From the NCBI GenBank assembly GCA_947448135.1, contig CANFLZ010000002.1:22410-86409 (forward strand): a stretch of 64,000 bases of DNA. Reading direction: 5' to 3'. The notes beneath the pieces were generated by a model. The model was not told where the DNA came from. It saw only the letters and a list, made by a program, of their open reading frames with translations, and did not search any database. Of this stretch, positions 36,276-46,954 are shown piece by piece; within the stretch, counting starts at the first letter, position 1; each line of letters opens with the position of its first letter. The position numbers were made by a program, and so were the translations under genes. This DNA comes from Flavobacteriales bacterium (GTDB taxonomy: Bacteria; Bacteroidota; Bacteroidia; Flavobacteriales_D; Sanyastnellaceae).

Positions 36276-37734
36276 ATTTCCATTCTCCACCATCTTTGGT
36301 GTCTTTTATAGCAATATCTCTTTTTGCAAAAGCATCACGCAACAAATCTGCTGTGGCGTAATCTTTCTTTTCTTTCAAATCTTTTCTGACATCGAAAACA
36401 GCTTCCATCATCAAATTGGGAAGATCTTGATTGCCTTGCTTTTCTTCTTTTTGAATTCCAAGAACCTCGAATAAAAAATCATGCATGAGTTTTTTCAGAC
36501 CATCCAATTGTTCTTGAGATAAAGACAACTGACCATTCTTGCAACTATTGATAATGCGCACCGCTTCGAACAATTCAGCAATCAAAATGGGTGTATTAAA
36601 ATCGTCACCCATCGCTGCATAGCATCGGTTTGTTAAAGACGCAACATCGACGTCACCTGCCGCTCCTACAGCACAAGAATCAATGGCATCCACAGCCGAC
36701 ATCATGCGCTCATATCCTTTCTCCGCAGCACTCAATGCCTCGTTACTAAAATCCAAAGTAGAGCGATAATGCGCCTGCATCATAAAGAACCTAACCACTT
36801 GCGGAGAGTAGCCTTTTTCCAACAAAGGATGATCTCCAGCAAACAACTCATGTGGCAAGAAAGAATTGCCCAACGACTTGGACATTTTCTGACCATTTAC
36901 GGTTAGCATATTGGCATGCATCCAATAGTTGACAGGCCCTTTTCCGCAACATGCGGTATTTTGGGCGATTTCCGATTCATGGTGAGGAAATTTCAAATCC
37001 ATTCCGCCACCGTGAATATCAAATTGCTCTCCCAAATATTTGGTACTCATGGCTGAACATTCCAAGTGCCATCCTGGAAATCCTTCTCCCCATGGAGAAG
37101 GCCAGCGCATGATGTGCTCAGGAGACGCGGCCTTCCACAATGCAAAGTCTGCAAAGAATCTTTTCTCATCCTGACCATCCAATGTTCTTGTATTTTCATA
37201 CAACTCCTCAACATTGCGACCGCTCAACTCTCCATATGGATATTTGGCTCGATACGCTTGAACATCAAAATAAATACTACCATTTACTTCATAAGCAAAT
37301 CCTTGATCCAGAATCTTCTTGATCATCTCAATCTGCTCAATCATATGTCCAGTGGCCGTGGGTTCGATGCTGGGAGAATGGTTGTTGAAAATGCGCATCA
37401 CCTCGTGGAAATAATTGGTGTACTTCTGTACAATTTCCATGGGCTCCAATTGTTCCAATTTGGCCTGTTGACCAATTCGATCTACACCTTCATCAAACTG
37501 AGAAGTAATGTGTCCAACATCCGTGATGTTTCTGACATAACGAACCTTGTAACCCAAATGGGTGAGGTATCGAAATACAACATCAAAAAACATGAAAGTT
37601 CTGCTATTGCCCAAATGAACATTGGAATACACGGTAGGACCACACACATACAAACCAACGTGAGGCGCTTGAATCGGTTGAAACAAATCTTTGTTTCTGC
37701 TCAAGCTATTATAGATATACAGTTCTCGTGTCAT
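36262..37734 (-). CDS. cysS: cysteine--tRNA ligase
   Basis: 490 aa with the class I motifs HLGNSRT (HIGH) and KMSKSLGN. Confidence 0.95.
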   Translation of the reverse strand: MTRELYIYNSLSRNKDLFQPIQAPHVGLYVCGPTVYSNVHLGNSRTFMFFDVVFRYLTHLGYKVRYVRNITDVGHITSQFDEGVDRIGQQAKLEQLEPMEIVQKYTNYFHEVMRIFNNHSPSIEPTATGHMIEQIEMIKKILDQGFAYEVNGSIYFDVQAYRAKYPYGELSGRNVEELYENTRTLDGQDEKRFFADFALWKAASPEHIMRWPSPWGEGFPGWHLECSAMSTKYLGEQFDIHGGGMDLKFPHHESEIAQNTACCGKGPVNYWMHANMLTVNGQKMSKSLGNSFLPHELFAGDHPLLEKGYSPQVVRFFMMQAHYRSTLDFSNEALSAAEKGYERMMSAVDAIDSCAVGAAGDVDVASLTNRCYAAMGDDFNTPILIAELFEAVRIINSCKNGQLSLSQEQLDGLKKLMHDFLFEVLGIQKEEKQGNQDLPNLMMEAVFDVRKDLKEKKDYATADLLRDAFAKRDIAIKDTKDGGEWKYEKK

Positions 37735-37735
37735 T

Positions 37736-38692
37736 TTATCCCACCTTCTTTTTAATCTCCTCTAACATTTTCGACACCAATTTAGGTGTATCATATTCCG
37801 CCTTCCAATCCCAATCGCGTGCAGCCACCGAATCATCTATTGAACTCGGCCAAGAGTTGGCAATGGCTTGTCTAAAATCGGGTTGATAGGCAATGGTAAA
37901 CGCTGGAATATGTTTTTGAATTTCGCTCGTCAACTCATCAGGCGTAAAGGTCATGCCAGCCAAATTATAGGCACCTCCTACAGTCAGTCGTGCGGCATCA
38001 GCTTCCATCAATTGAACAGTAGCCTGAATCGCATCACTCATCATCATCATCGGAAGAGCAGTATCACCTGCTAAAAAACAAGTATATTTTTTTTCTTGAA
38101 GTGCTTTGTAAAATATGTCAACAGCGTAATCAGTTGTTCCACCTCCAGGCGCACTCTTGTATCCTATCAAACCAGGATATCGAATACTTCTGACATCTAC
38201 TTGGTGTTTCTGATGATAATAATCGCACCAACGCTCACCAGCCAATTTACTAATACCATACACCGTGTTGGGATCCATCACTGTATCCTGCGGTGTATTC
38301 CATTTCGGAGTGCTTGGACCAAAAACAGCAATTGAACTGGGCCAGTATATTTTTTGAATATGCTTTTCTTTGGCCAAATCCAAAATATAGAAAAGACCAT
38401 TCATGTTCAATTCCCATGCAAAAGCAGGGTTCTTTTCTGCAGTTGCAGAAAGCAATGCAGCCAATTGATACACTTGGGTAATGCCATATTTCTTGACGAT
38501 TGCAAATAACGCGTCTTTGTCCAATGTGTTGAGTACTTCATAAGGCCCATTCAACAAAGATGGGTCCACCTCACTTCCCTGCTTTACATCAGCAGCTACA
38601 ACTGAATCATTTCCCCACTGCGCTCGCAATCTCTCTGTCAGTTCTATTCCAATCTGACCGGAGGCGCCGATGATCAATATCTTTTCGCTCAT
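37736..38692 (-). CDS. tdh: extended-SDR NAD-dependent epimerase-like L-threonine 3-dehydrogenase
   Basis: 318 aa with ILIIGASGQIG and YGISK. From memory it resembles the UDP-glucose-4-epimerase-like threonine dehydrogenases of Flavobacteria. The substrate is an inference. Confidence 0.65.
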   Translation of the reverse strand: MSEKILIIGASGQIGIELTERLRAQWGNDSVVAADVKQGSEVDPSLLNGPYEVLNTLDKDALFAIVKKYGITQVYQLAALLSATAEKNPAFAWELNMNGLFYILDLAKEKHIQKIYWPSSIAVFGPSTPKWNTPQDTVMDPNTVYGISKLAGERWCDYYHQKHQVDVRSIRYPGLIGYKSAPGGGTTDYAVDIFYKALQEKKYTCFLAGDTALPMMMMSDAIQATVQLMEADAARLTVGGAYNLAGMTFTPDELTSEIQKHIPAFTIAYQPDFRQAIANSWPSSIDDSVAARDWDWKAEYDTPKLVSKMLEEIKKKVG

Positions 38693-38736
38693 TTTCGATA
38701 AATATAGTCTTCAAAATTACGACAGACTGATTGATA

Positions 38737-40140
38737 TTAAGGCAATTTGATCAACCATTCTCGAATGGATTGCAATGCCTCAGGAGAAATCGTTTCCTCT
38801 AACTTAGCATACTCACTCACCTTACCGGTTTGTGTATACTGAAACAAATGATTGTTATCGGCCAAGATTACCTTTTCGTAGGGAATTTTCGACATTTTCA
38901 AAGTTTCCGCAATGCGATTCGCATTTTGATCAAAGCGCACTTGAAGATCCTTTTCTCCATTCAATATCAAAGTTGGGCATTGTACTTTTTGCCAATATGG
39001 AATCGGGTCTGTTTTCAAGAATACTTTCATCCATTCGTTATTAAAAGAGCGGTTGTAAGTTGCAAATAATTCCTCTCGTTCCGATTTAGATTTCTTTTTA
39101 TTGGATTTAAAAATGTACCGGTGAATGACCGCAGCTGCCGCTGTTGAATCTTTTTCGTTGGTAACAAATGTCATCACACTGTTGGCAGCATTGAGAGACT
39201 CAATCATTTCACTTTCTTGCTGTCCTTCCGCTTTAGCAATATCCTCAATTTGCTGAAGAATCACTTGACTCCCCGTAACACCAGGACCCGCAAGTGAAAC
39301 AATACAATACACCTCCTTGTTCTGGGACGCCACTATTGGAGCCACCAATCCACCTTCACTATGTCCCAATAAGCCAATTTTTTTTGCATCAATCTTTGGA
39401 TTTGCTGTAATCATCTTCCATGCAGCGTTGGCATCTATTGCAAAATCAAAAGTTGTTGCTTTAGAAAATTCCCCTTCTGATTTACCAACCCCACGATCAT
39501 CATATCGAAAACTGGCCCAACCCATTTTTGCTAAGTCATCGGCAATAACAGCAAAAGGCTTGTGGCCCGCTATCTCTTCATCTCGATTCTGAGGACCACT
39601 TCCCGATATCATCACCAAACAAGGGAATGGGCCATTGCCATTGGGCATCACCAGGGTTCCACTCATTTGTATTGAACGACCATGATCATCAGATGTAAAA
39701 GTGAACTCCTCCATATTGTAATCAAAAGGAGGTTGAGGTGTCTGAGGGCGATTCAACTCCATTTTAGGCAAAGCGGTTACCTCTTCGGTCTTCTTCCATC
39801 TTAAAGGAAGTGTATTCCCGTTTTGGGTAAAATCCCCTTGAATGAATGCTGAATCTGCATTCCATTTTCCAACATACTTTACTTTAATCTTGGAAATCTC
39901 CCAACTCATTTCATCATTCTTCCATCGCCACTTCTCGACAGGAAAACCTTGCTTGGATTGAGAAGGGCTGTACATTTTTACCAATCCTGCTTTGGCATCC
40001 TCAACATGCAATTCCAACGGAATACTCGTCCCTGTGATTTGCAATTTGCCATACCAAACCTGCTGAGTCTCTTGTGAAAACAGTTGAAGTGGTAGCCACA
40101 AAATCAACAGACAAAGGAATTTCGGATAAGATTTTTTCAT
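38737..40140 (-). CDS. secreted alpha/beta hydrolase (S9-like)
   Basis: 467 aa with a signal peptide and the nucleophile elbow LLGHSEGG. Confidence 0.75.
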   Translation of the reverse strand: MKKSYPKFLCLLILWLPLQLFSQETQQVWYGKLQITGTSIPLELHVEDAKAGLVKMYSPSQSKQGFPVEKWRWKNDEMSWEISKIKVKYVGKWNADSAFIQGDFTQNGNTLPLRWKKTEEVTALPKMELNRPQTPQPPFDYNMEEFTFTSDDHGRSIQMSGTLVMPNGNGPFPCLVMISGSGPQNRDEEIAGHKPFAVIADDLAKMGWASFRYDDRGVGKSEGEFSKATTFDFAIDANAAWKMITANPKIDAKKIGLLGHSEGGLVAPIVASQNKEVYCIVSLAGPGVTGSQVILQQIEDIAKAEGQQESEMIESLNAANSVMTFVTNEKDSTAAAAVIHRYIFKSNKKKSKSEREELFATYNRSFNNEWMKVFLKTDPIPYWQKVQCPTLILNGEKDLQVRFDQNANRIAETLKMSKIPYEKVILADNNHLFQYTQTGKVSEYAKLEETISPEALQSIREWLIKLP

Positions 40141-40178
40141 GAAACAAAGATGCGAAAACCTTGTCGTAGATTCGCAAA

Positions 40179-41414
40179 GTGAAAAAGATTCAAGAGATCA
40201 ATATCGAAGATTTTGACTACCCACTTCCAGAGGAAAAAATTGCGCGTCACCCGCTTGAAAAACGAAGTGATTCACGGTTGTTACATTACCATGATGGACA
40301 TATAGAGGATCGGTCATTTCGGGAAATTGTGTCGTTGTTTCTTCCCAATGATTTGTGGGTGGTGAACAACACGCGTGTGATTCCAGCCAGAATCAAATTC
40401 ACAAAATCGACAGGAGCAGCAATTGAAATATTTTGCTTGGAACCGCTTCAGTGGGATTATACGCAAGCGCTTTCTCAAACTTCATCGGTACAGTGGAAGT
40501 GCTTTGTTGGTGGAGCCAAAAAATGGAAAGAAGGCCCACTTACGCTCGCGCTATCCATCCATGGAAAGGAAATCATTCTGTCCGCTTGGTGCCTTGAAAA
40601 AATTGACAACGCCTTTCACATTGAATTCAATTGGGAAGGAGCTACTTTTTCCGAGATTTTAGATGCTGTCGGGGAATTGCCCATCCCTCCTTATTTGAAT
40701 AGAGATACAGAACCCGAGGATTATGATCGTTACCAAACACTTTTTGCTGAATTGTCTGGGTCTGTTGCAGCGCCAACCGCCTCTTTGCACTTCGATGAAG
40801 GTGTACTCCATGATTTAAAGAGTAAAGGTGTTCAGCAGCAATCGTTGACCCTACATGTCGGAGCAGGCACTTTCAAGCCGGTCAATACCACTCAACTGGG
40901 CGAGCACATCATGCACGCTGAATATTTCGAAGTTGGTCAAACTTTGATTCAAGCCTGGATAGATCAATGGAAAAATCAAGGTAGAATCATTGTGGTAGGT
41001 ACAACAGCTTTGCGAACTTTGGAAAGCGTTTTTTGGATTGCACATGAAAACCTGGAACCCAATGAAAAAGGATTATTCCATGTTGATCAATGGTTGCCCT
41101 ATCAAATCACCACTTCCAAAAACCGCATCCATGTAATGGAACAATTACTTGAAAAAATGAAAGGTGAAGGTAGAGAAAAGCTGATCGGGACTACGCAAAT
41201 TCTCATGGGTCCTTCTTACACCATTCAATCTGCAGATGTCTTGATTACCAATTTTCATCAACCCAAAAGCACTTTGCTTCTGCTCGTCAATGCAGCGATT
41301 GGAGAAGACTGGAAAAAAATATACCACCACGCATTGTCCAATGGTTATCGATTCTTGAGCTATGGTGATAGCTCATGGCTAGAAATAAAAAATGGACAAG
41401 CACCAAAAAGTTAG
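40179..41414 (+). CDS. queA: S-adenosylmethionine:tRNA ribosyltransferase-isomerase
   Basis: 411 aa with a GTG start. Motifs are FDYPLPEEKIARHPL, VNNTRVIPAR, GTTALRTLES and TNFHQPKSTLL. Confidence 0.9.
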   Translation: MKKIQEINIEDFDYPLPEEKIARHPLEKRSDSRLLHYHDGHIEDRSFREIVSLFLPNDLWVVNNTRVIPARIKFTKSTGAAIEIFCLEPLQWDYTQALSQTSSVQWKCFVGGAKKWKEGPLTLALSIHGKEIILSAWCLEKIDNAFHIEFNWEGATFSEILDAVGELPIPPYLNRDTEPEDYDRYQTLFAELSGSVAAPTASLHFDEGVLHDLKSKGVQQQSLTLHVGAGTFKPVNTTQLGEHIMHAEYFEVGQTLIQAWIDQWKNQGRIIVVGTTALRTLESVFWIAHENLEPNEKGLFHVDQWLPYQITTSKNRIHVMEQLLEKMKGEGREKLIGTTQILMGPSYTIQSADVLITNFHQPKSTLLLLVNAAIGEDWKKIYHHALSNGYRFLSYGDSSWLEIKNGQAPKS

Positions 41415-41423
41415 ACACTTATT

Positions 41424-41451
41424 GGGGCTTATCCATTAATGGAGCCTTTTT
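41424..41451 (+). terminator. weak candidate terminator after queA
   Basis: The sequence GGCT-tat-CCAttaaTGG-AGCC is followed by TTTTT. The stem is short and interrupted. Confidence 0.3.
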
Positions 41452-41467
41452 CTTAATTATCGTTTGA

Positions 41468-43537
41468 TTAATCGTTGATGAAACGACGATCATCAATATC
41501 TGCAGATTCGCGATATGCACCAAACACACGTCCAGCCATTGAAGCTTTAGCACTTTGGTTCATCATTTTCTTTTCAGAGGCGAAATTGTCCATGCTTTGC
41601 GCAGACTGTACATCAGCAACACGCTTGATCACATAAACACCACCTTCACCGATGATAGGCTCAGAAACTTTATCTTTTGCCAATCCGAAGATTGTTCCGA
41701 TCAATTCAAATTCTTGTTCTCCGATTCCTGCTTCTGGCAAATTGGCATTGCGCATCATCACGTTTTCTGAACGTCTTACTGTCAAACTCGTAGCTTTTGC
41801 AATGTCTTGCAATGAAGAACCCTTCATTTTTGCAGCCCACATTTCACCTTTCTTTTGCTTGATTACTTTGGCTTTCATGACATCTTTCACATCTTCGAAA
41901 GCAGGCACCCCGCGCTCACGAATTTCAGTCAAAACAGCTACAACCCATCCATTGGCAATCAACACGGGTTGAGAAACTTCGTTGATCTCAGCTGAATAAG
42001 CCCAAGAAACCAAGGTTTGTGCGTCTTGCAAACCAGCAACTGTAGTTGCATTAGGAGCAATCATCGGTGCCTTAACAATTTGCGCTGTTGCATCCATTGC
42101 CTTCACATTGGCGCGGAATGTTGCTGTGTCTTTGCAGTTGATTGTCAAGTCACGCATTTTATTGAAAGCCTCTTTTCTTGTTTGAGGACTTGGATCTTGC
42201 GTTTGGTCAACCATTGAAACGTAAGTATTCAATTTCGCAGCATTTTTCTTGGTCACTTCAACCACATGGTAACCAAATTGCGTTTTTACAATTTGCAATT
42301 GACCCACAGTTCCGTTGAAACAAGCCTTATCAAATTCTGGAACCATCGCTCCGCGGGCAAAAGTACCCAAGTCACCACCTTTGTCTTTTGTACCATCTGT
42401 TCCAAACATTTTAGCCATTTCAGCAAAATTTTTCTTGGTCTTGATGACATTTAAAATTGAATCTGCCTTTGCTTTTCCTTTTGGAGATTGGTCTTTGACC
42501 AAAATGTGACGAGCAGCAACACTATCAACCTCAGTTACACGCTTGCTGATTTTTACCAATTTCATGAAACCATTGTCTACGATTGGGCCTAAAACTTTAC
42601 CCAATGAATCATTGTATACCTGTGTATTGAAAGGCTCTGGCAACATGCCTGCAGTATACTTTACCTTAGCCAAACTTGGATTCAATGCTTTGGCAGCAGC
42701 AAAAGCTGAATCATTTTTAGCAGCGCGGAAATCACGAACCAAAGCAGTCAAGGAAGTTTGAATGGCCTTCAAATCAGACTCGCTTGGTTTGACAATCATA
42801 TTCACATATTCCAAACTACGGCTGCGCTCTTGCTTGTATTCACGCTCAGACTTGTGTTTGTTGTAATACTCCCGGATATCGTCATCAGAAACTGAGACCT
42901 CTTCGTCTTTAATTTCCAAATAAGACTTTGAAACAAATTCAACTGCGGTGCGATCATTTTGCGCTTGGAAAGCATACTTCGCATCGATAGAGTTGGTGTA
43001 AGCACCTAACTTGATCATGTTGTCATACTTTTCTTTCTTGCGCTTGTAACGAATAAATTCCTTCCAAGAATCCGCTTTTTCAATTGTCCAAGTTGGATCA
43101 TTTGGATCAATCGTTTCAAAACGTTGACGCATTTGCTCTTTGTAGGAAGATGAATCACGACCACCATAAATGGTAGACTTCACAAAGGGAGAGAGTGTTT
43201 TTCCAAACATCACTTCATCCAACTCCTCGTCTGAAACCATGATATCCATGGCGTCAAATTCGTCGGAATACAAACGCTCTTCAGTCAAGGCATTCCAGGT
43301 ATCATTTCCCAATGACGTTTCATTGCTTGAGTAATCAAAAAGAATTCTTTGTTTCTCAATAGCTACTTGCCAAGTTGCCGCATCAATGGTCTCTCCATCA
43401 ATCTCTCCTGCATCTTTTGCGCCTTTTCCCATCAACGCCATTACTGCGTCATAAGGAATCAAATATCCGATTATACCCACTCCAACTACTACGAGAACGA
43501 GCCAACCTTGTCTTCTGATTTTTTCAATCATTGCCAT
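41468..43537 (-). CDS. PpiD-like periplasmic chaperone / parvulin peptidyl-prolyl isomerase
   Basis: 689 aa with an N-terminal TM anchor, a SurA_N-like region and a parvulin domain (ARHILV..., FGYHVVEV). Confidence 0.8.
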   Translation of the reverse strand: MAMIEKIRRQGWLVLVVVGVGIIGYLIPYDAVMALMGKGAKDAGEIDGETIDAATWQVAIEKQRILFDYSSNETSLGNDTWNALTEERLYSDEFDAMDIMVSDEELDEVMFGKTLSPFVKSTIYGGRDSSSYKEQMRQRFETIDPNDPTWTIEKADSWKEFIRYKRKKEKYDNMIKLGAYTNSIDAKYAFQAQNDRTAVEFVSKSYLEIKDEEVSVSDDDIREYYNKHKSEREYKQERSRSLEYVNMIVKPSESDLKAIQTSLTALVRDFRAAKNDSAFAAAKALNPSLAKVKYTAGMLPEPFNTQVYNDSLGKVLGPIVDNGFMKLVKISKRVTEVDSVAARHILVKDQSPKGKAKADSILNVIKTKKNFAEMAKMFGTDGTKDKGGDLGTFARGAMVPEFDKACFNGTVGQLQIVKTQFGYHVVEVTKKNAAKLNTYVSMVDQTQDPSPQTRKEAFNKMRDLTINCKDTATFRANVKAMDATAQIVKAPMIAPNATTVAGLQDAQTLVSWAYSAEINEVSQPVLIANGWVVAVLTEIRERGVPAFEDVKDVMKAKVIKQKKGEMWAAKMKGSSLQDIAKATSLTVRRSENVMMRNANLPEAGIGEQEFELIGTIFGLAKDKVSEPIIGEGGVYVIKRVADVQSAQSMDNFASEKKMMNQSAKASMAGRVFGAYRESADIDDRRFIND

Positions 43538-43600
43538 ATCTATACATTTTAAGGAATGCGAATATCGTAAATTTTAGTAAAACTTGGAGAAAAACTTTGG

Positions 43601-44878
43601 CTATAAGTCTCTGATTTGGACCTTTTTTACCATTTGCTCGGAAACCTCTATAATCTTTATTTGATATTGACCGATAATGACCTCTTGATTCTTCTCTGGA
43701 AAATCCTCCAAATGGAACAATATCAATCCATTCAAGGTGTCATAATCTCCCTCTTTTTCGGGTAAATTAAATTGATAAGTATCGTTGATAAACTTAATTT
43801 CATCACGTCCTGTGAAAATCCAAGAACCATCGGCCTGACTAACCTGAGGAGCCAAGATCTCATCGTGCTCATCCTCAATTTCTCCAACAATTTCTTCGAT
43901 AACATCTTCCAGTGTGGCCATCCCAGCCGTTCCGCCAAATTCATCTATCACAATAAATACGTGACGCTTTTCACGGATGTTCATGGACAACATTTCCTGC
44001 GCAGGCATGGCCTCAGGGATAATGCTGATGGGGCGAACGATGCCTTTTATTTGAGACGGTAATTGGAGAAGATCAAATGAATGAACATATCCAATGATAT
44101 CATCGATATTGTTTTTATAAATCAAAATCTTGGAGAGCCGTGAGTCGATAAACTTTTGCTTGAGCTCGTCCATCGTGCATTCCACAGGCAAAGCGACAAT
44201 TTCATTCCTCGGAATCATGCAATCACGCGCTTTGATTTTAGAGAAATCGAGCGCATTTTGAAAGATCTCAATCTCATGGTCCAGGGCATTGGAAGGATCT
44301 TGATTGCCCGTCACTTTCTCCAAATAATCATCCAAGTCCACGCGACCAAAAACCCGCTTTTCTTCCGCTTGGGTTGACTTATGACCGATAAATAATTGCG
44401 CAAGGGTCGTCACGAAAAAGGCAAAGGGCCAAAGCAACACATACCAAATGAGTAGAGGAATGGCCAATATGTTGAGCCAACGATTGGGTGAAGAAGATAC
44501 TACCACCTTGGGAATAAATTCACCAAATAACAAAATCACAATGGTGGACAAAATGGTCTGCACCAAAAGAATACCACCACCACCCAAAAGCTCAGCTATC
44601 CAAGGAAAAGTACCCTCAATCACCGATACAATTTGATCGCCCAATTTGATTCCAAAAATGACCAAACCAATATTATTTCCAATCAACATCGCTGACAAAA
44701 ACAACTTGGGTTGATGAATCAAATAACCAATGATAGAGGCCGACCAAACACCTTGCTTTTTATCCAACTCAATCTTCAAATGATTAGCAGAAATAAAAGC
44801 CATCTCCATGCCGCTTGAAAATGCACAAACCATCAAGCTGGCCAATACCCAAAATATCCAAGAATCGGTAATACTCAT
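43601..44878 (-). CDS. CNNM/hemolysin-family protein (DUF21 + CBS pair + CorC_HlyC; GldE-like)
   Basis: 425 aa with a 4-TM N-domain, a CBS pair and a C-terminal transporter-associated domain. Confidence 0.8.
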   Translation of the reverse strand: MSITDSWIFWVLASLMVCAFSSGMEMAFISANHLKIELDKKQGVWSASIIGYLIHQPKLFLSAMLIGNNIGLVIFGIKLGDQIVSVIEGTFPWIAELLGGGGILLVQTILSTIVILLFGEFIPKVVVSSSPNRWLNILAIPLLIWYVLLWPFAFFVTTLAQLFIGHKSTQAEEKRVFGRVDLDDYLEKVTGNQDPSNALDHEIEIFQNALDFSKIKARDCMIPRNEIVALPVECTMDELKQKFIDSRLSKILIYKNNIDDIIGYVHSFDLLQLPSQIKGIVRPISIIPEAMPAQEMLSMNIREKRHVFIVIDEFGGTAGMATLEDVIEEIVGEIEDEHDEILAPQVSQADGSWIFTGRDEIKFINDTYQFNLPEKEGDYDTLNGLILFHLEDFPEKNQEVIIGQYQIKIIEVSEQMVKKVQIRDL

Positions 44879-45087
44879 GACGGCGGATTAGAGTCTTGTT
44901 TGTTCAGCAAACGGTGATACATTTTTCGTCTTACAAAAAACTGAAACGCCGCAATAGAAGTTGGCACAAAATACACCAAAGCATCCCATCCTTTATTGAG
45001 GGTTATGTAAAAGGCATAGATCAAAGACGCGATGGTCAAAGCCAACCAAAAATGAACAAAAAACTTAGCAACTTTAATGGGATTCAT
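44875..45087 (-). CDS. small two-TM membrane protein
   Basis: 70 aa with two hydrophobic helices. Its stop overlaps the downstream gene's start as ATGA, and it lies 3 nt after the lptC stop. Confidence 0.5.
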   Translation of the reverse strand: MNPIKVAKFFVHFWLALTIASLIYAFYITLNKGWDALVYFVPTSIAAFQFFVRRKMYHRLLNKQDSNPPS

Positions 45088-45090
45088 GTT

Positions 45091-45621
45091 TTACTTGATA
45101 TTAAATTGTCCAGTTGGCTGTAAGATTCGATACTCTGTAAATGCACTATTGGCAACCAATCCTCTTCCATGCAAAACGCCTGTTTTGGTCTGAATGGTCA
45201 CCCAATCATCGGTCTGAATCAAATCTTTTTCTCGATAAAAGGTAACGTGCTCGGTGGTCATCGCCTCGCCATCCATGTTCTCCATTTTAACAGCTCCAAT
45301 CGCCTGAAAAATCCCCGACTCTTCCCAAAACTCTCCTCGGTTTCCTACCAATATAGCGTCAACCTTTCCATCACTTTTGTAAAAGGTCATTTTAAATCCC
45401 TTAGGTGCTTGAATTTGACTTGTATCGTTAAAATAACGTTCTAATAAAGGCGCCTCTAAACGGGTTGTTTTTTTTCCCTTTTCTGAATACAAATAATCGG
45501 CATGCTCAACCGTTTGAATAGGATAATTGAAATAATCGGTCACAGCTTTGATTTCAGCAATCTCATTTTGACAAGCGCTGAAAAGCACAACCAACAAAAT
45601 GAAAATTCCTGACCTAATCAT
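45091..45621 (-). CDS. lptC: LPS export periplasmic protein LptC
   Basis: I moved the start to ATG 45621 (MIRSGIFILLVVLFSAC). The product is about 176 aa. The call rests on size, weak similarity and the conserved coaX-OMP-lptC-CNNM gene context. Confidence 0.65.
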   Translation of the reverse strand: MIRSGIFILLVVLFSACQNEIAEIKAVTDYFNYPIQTVEHADYLYSEKGKKTTRLEAPLLERYFNDTSQIQAPKGFKMTFYKSDGKVDAILVGNRGEFWEESGIFQAIGAVKMENMDGEAMTTEHVTFYREKDLIQTDDWVTIQTKTGVLHGRGLVANSAFTEYRILQPTGQFNIK

Positions 45622-46954
45622 ATTTGCGAATAACGAACCATCTTTCAAACGGACTCATCTGGAAACCAAGCGCAATATATTCTTGTTGCATTCCCCAACC
45701 CGACTGATTCTTCTTGTCCGTCCATTGATAACTGATTTGAATCGAAGAGTTCGATTTTGAGGCACGAATGGGGACATTGATTCCGGCAGTATACGATTGA
45801 ATACTGACGGATTCTCCATTGACTTTCACATAATCCTGCCCTTGAGAATATCCCACTCGATATTGGATATTTTGAAACAAATTGGTTGCGCGATCCGGAG
45901 AAAATGGGGTGCAAGAAACCGCTACATGCATGGAAGTGGCATTGTTCAAATCAGAATAGGCCGACCAATCAAAAGAACTCTGACTCTTGCGCCAATCCTG
46001 CTGATTGAATTGAGCTGCAAAATTCCACTTCGCTCCGTTCTTGCCATAACAACTGATAAATCCACCCAGCTGAATTCGCTGCGGAATGGCTACCATGCCC
46101 TTTTGATTTAAACTTACAAAACCGGTATCAACGGTCACCTCAACTCCACTGTACTTGACATACGAAATCCCATAAATATCTTGGCTTCCGTCCATGTTAA
46201 ACTTCGGTGTCCATTGCGCTCCAAGATTCATTAACCACAAAGATTTTTTATCCTTTAGACGTTTGTTTCCAAACAAAGGAATTTGGTATTGCGCAGAAAA
46301 ATCGGGACGAATATCCAATACAGAAACAGTGTTATCAAAACGACTATTGAGAAACTGTGTATTTTGATAATCCATCGCTCGATGAAAACCCAATTTACCA
46401 AACATAAAAGCTCCATTGACGCCAAGAGTCAGTTGCTGTCCCATCCATTTGGAACTATCTGCCCCCCAATTCCATTTATATCCTGCACCAAAAACAAATT
46501 GATTCACTCCGCCATCGCCATAATGGAGCTGCTGACCATTCACTGTATCATTGACATTAAATTCACGACTGAAGTTATATCCCATCCTGCTGTAGGTATT
46601 GACACCCATAGCAAATCCAAAGTTGGATCCATTCTGTTTGAATCCCATCGCAACTTCACCCCATTGACCACCGTTGAATACTGGCGCTGACGGGCTGTAC
46701 TTGGATTGAGACACCCAGCCACCCCCTTGAAAAGTTGTTTCTTTTAACAATGAAAAACTGGATGCATTGTTCAGATTCACCACATTGAATTCAGAAGGCA
46801 AAATGGTTACTCCTCCCATCGCACGTGAAGTAGCGTTCTCGCCCATGGCCAACTCTCCAATTCCCCAACGAGTAAATGGATTATTGATCGTATACTGCCC
46901 CCAACTTGGAAAACAAAATAACAACAAAACGAAACATAAAAAATTTCTAATCAT
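45614..46954 (-). CDS. outer-membrane beta-barrel protein (FadL/PorV-like N-motif), function unknown
   Basis: 446 aa with a signal peptide (..FPSWGQ), the motif ENATSRAMGGV and a beta-rich sequence. Confidence 0.55.
   Translation of the reverse strand: MIRNFLCFVLLLFCFPSWGQYTINNPFTRWGIGELAMGENATSRAMGGVTILPSEFNVVNLNNASSFSLLKETTFQGGGWVSQSKYSPSAPVFNGGQWGEVAMGFKQNGSNFGFAMGVNTYSRMGYNFSREFNVNDTVNGQQLHYGDGGVNQFVFGAGYKWNWGADSSKWMGQQLTLGVNGAFMFGKLGFHRAMDYQNTQFLNSRFDNTVSVLDIRPDFSAQYQIPLFGNKRLKDKKSLWLMNLGAQWTPKFNMDGSQDIYGISYVKYSGVEVTVDTGFVSLNQKGMVAIPQRIQLGGFISCYGKNGAKWNFAAQFNQQDWRKSQSSFDWSAYSDLNNATSMHVAVSCTPFSPDRATNLFQNIQYRVGYSQGQDYVKVNGESVSIQSYTAGINVPIRASKSNSSIQISYQWTDKKNQSGWGMQQEYIALGFQMSPFERWFVIRKYD

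Noticed and set aside
41431-41440. The perfect palindrome CCATTAATGG, considered as a possible regulator site.
   Set aside because: It lies between two convergent gene ends and is nested in a GGCT...AGCC stem followed by a T-run. It is more simply part of a weak queA terminator.
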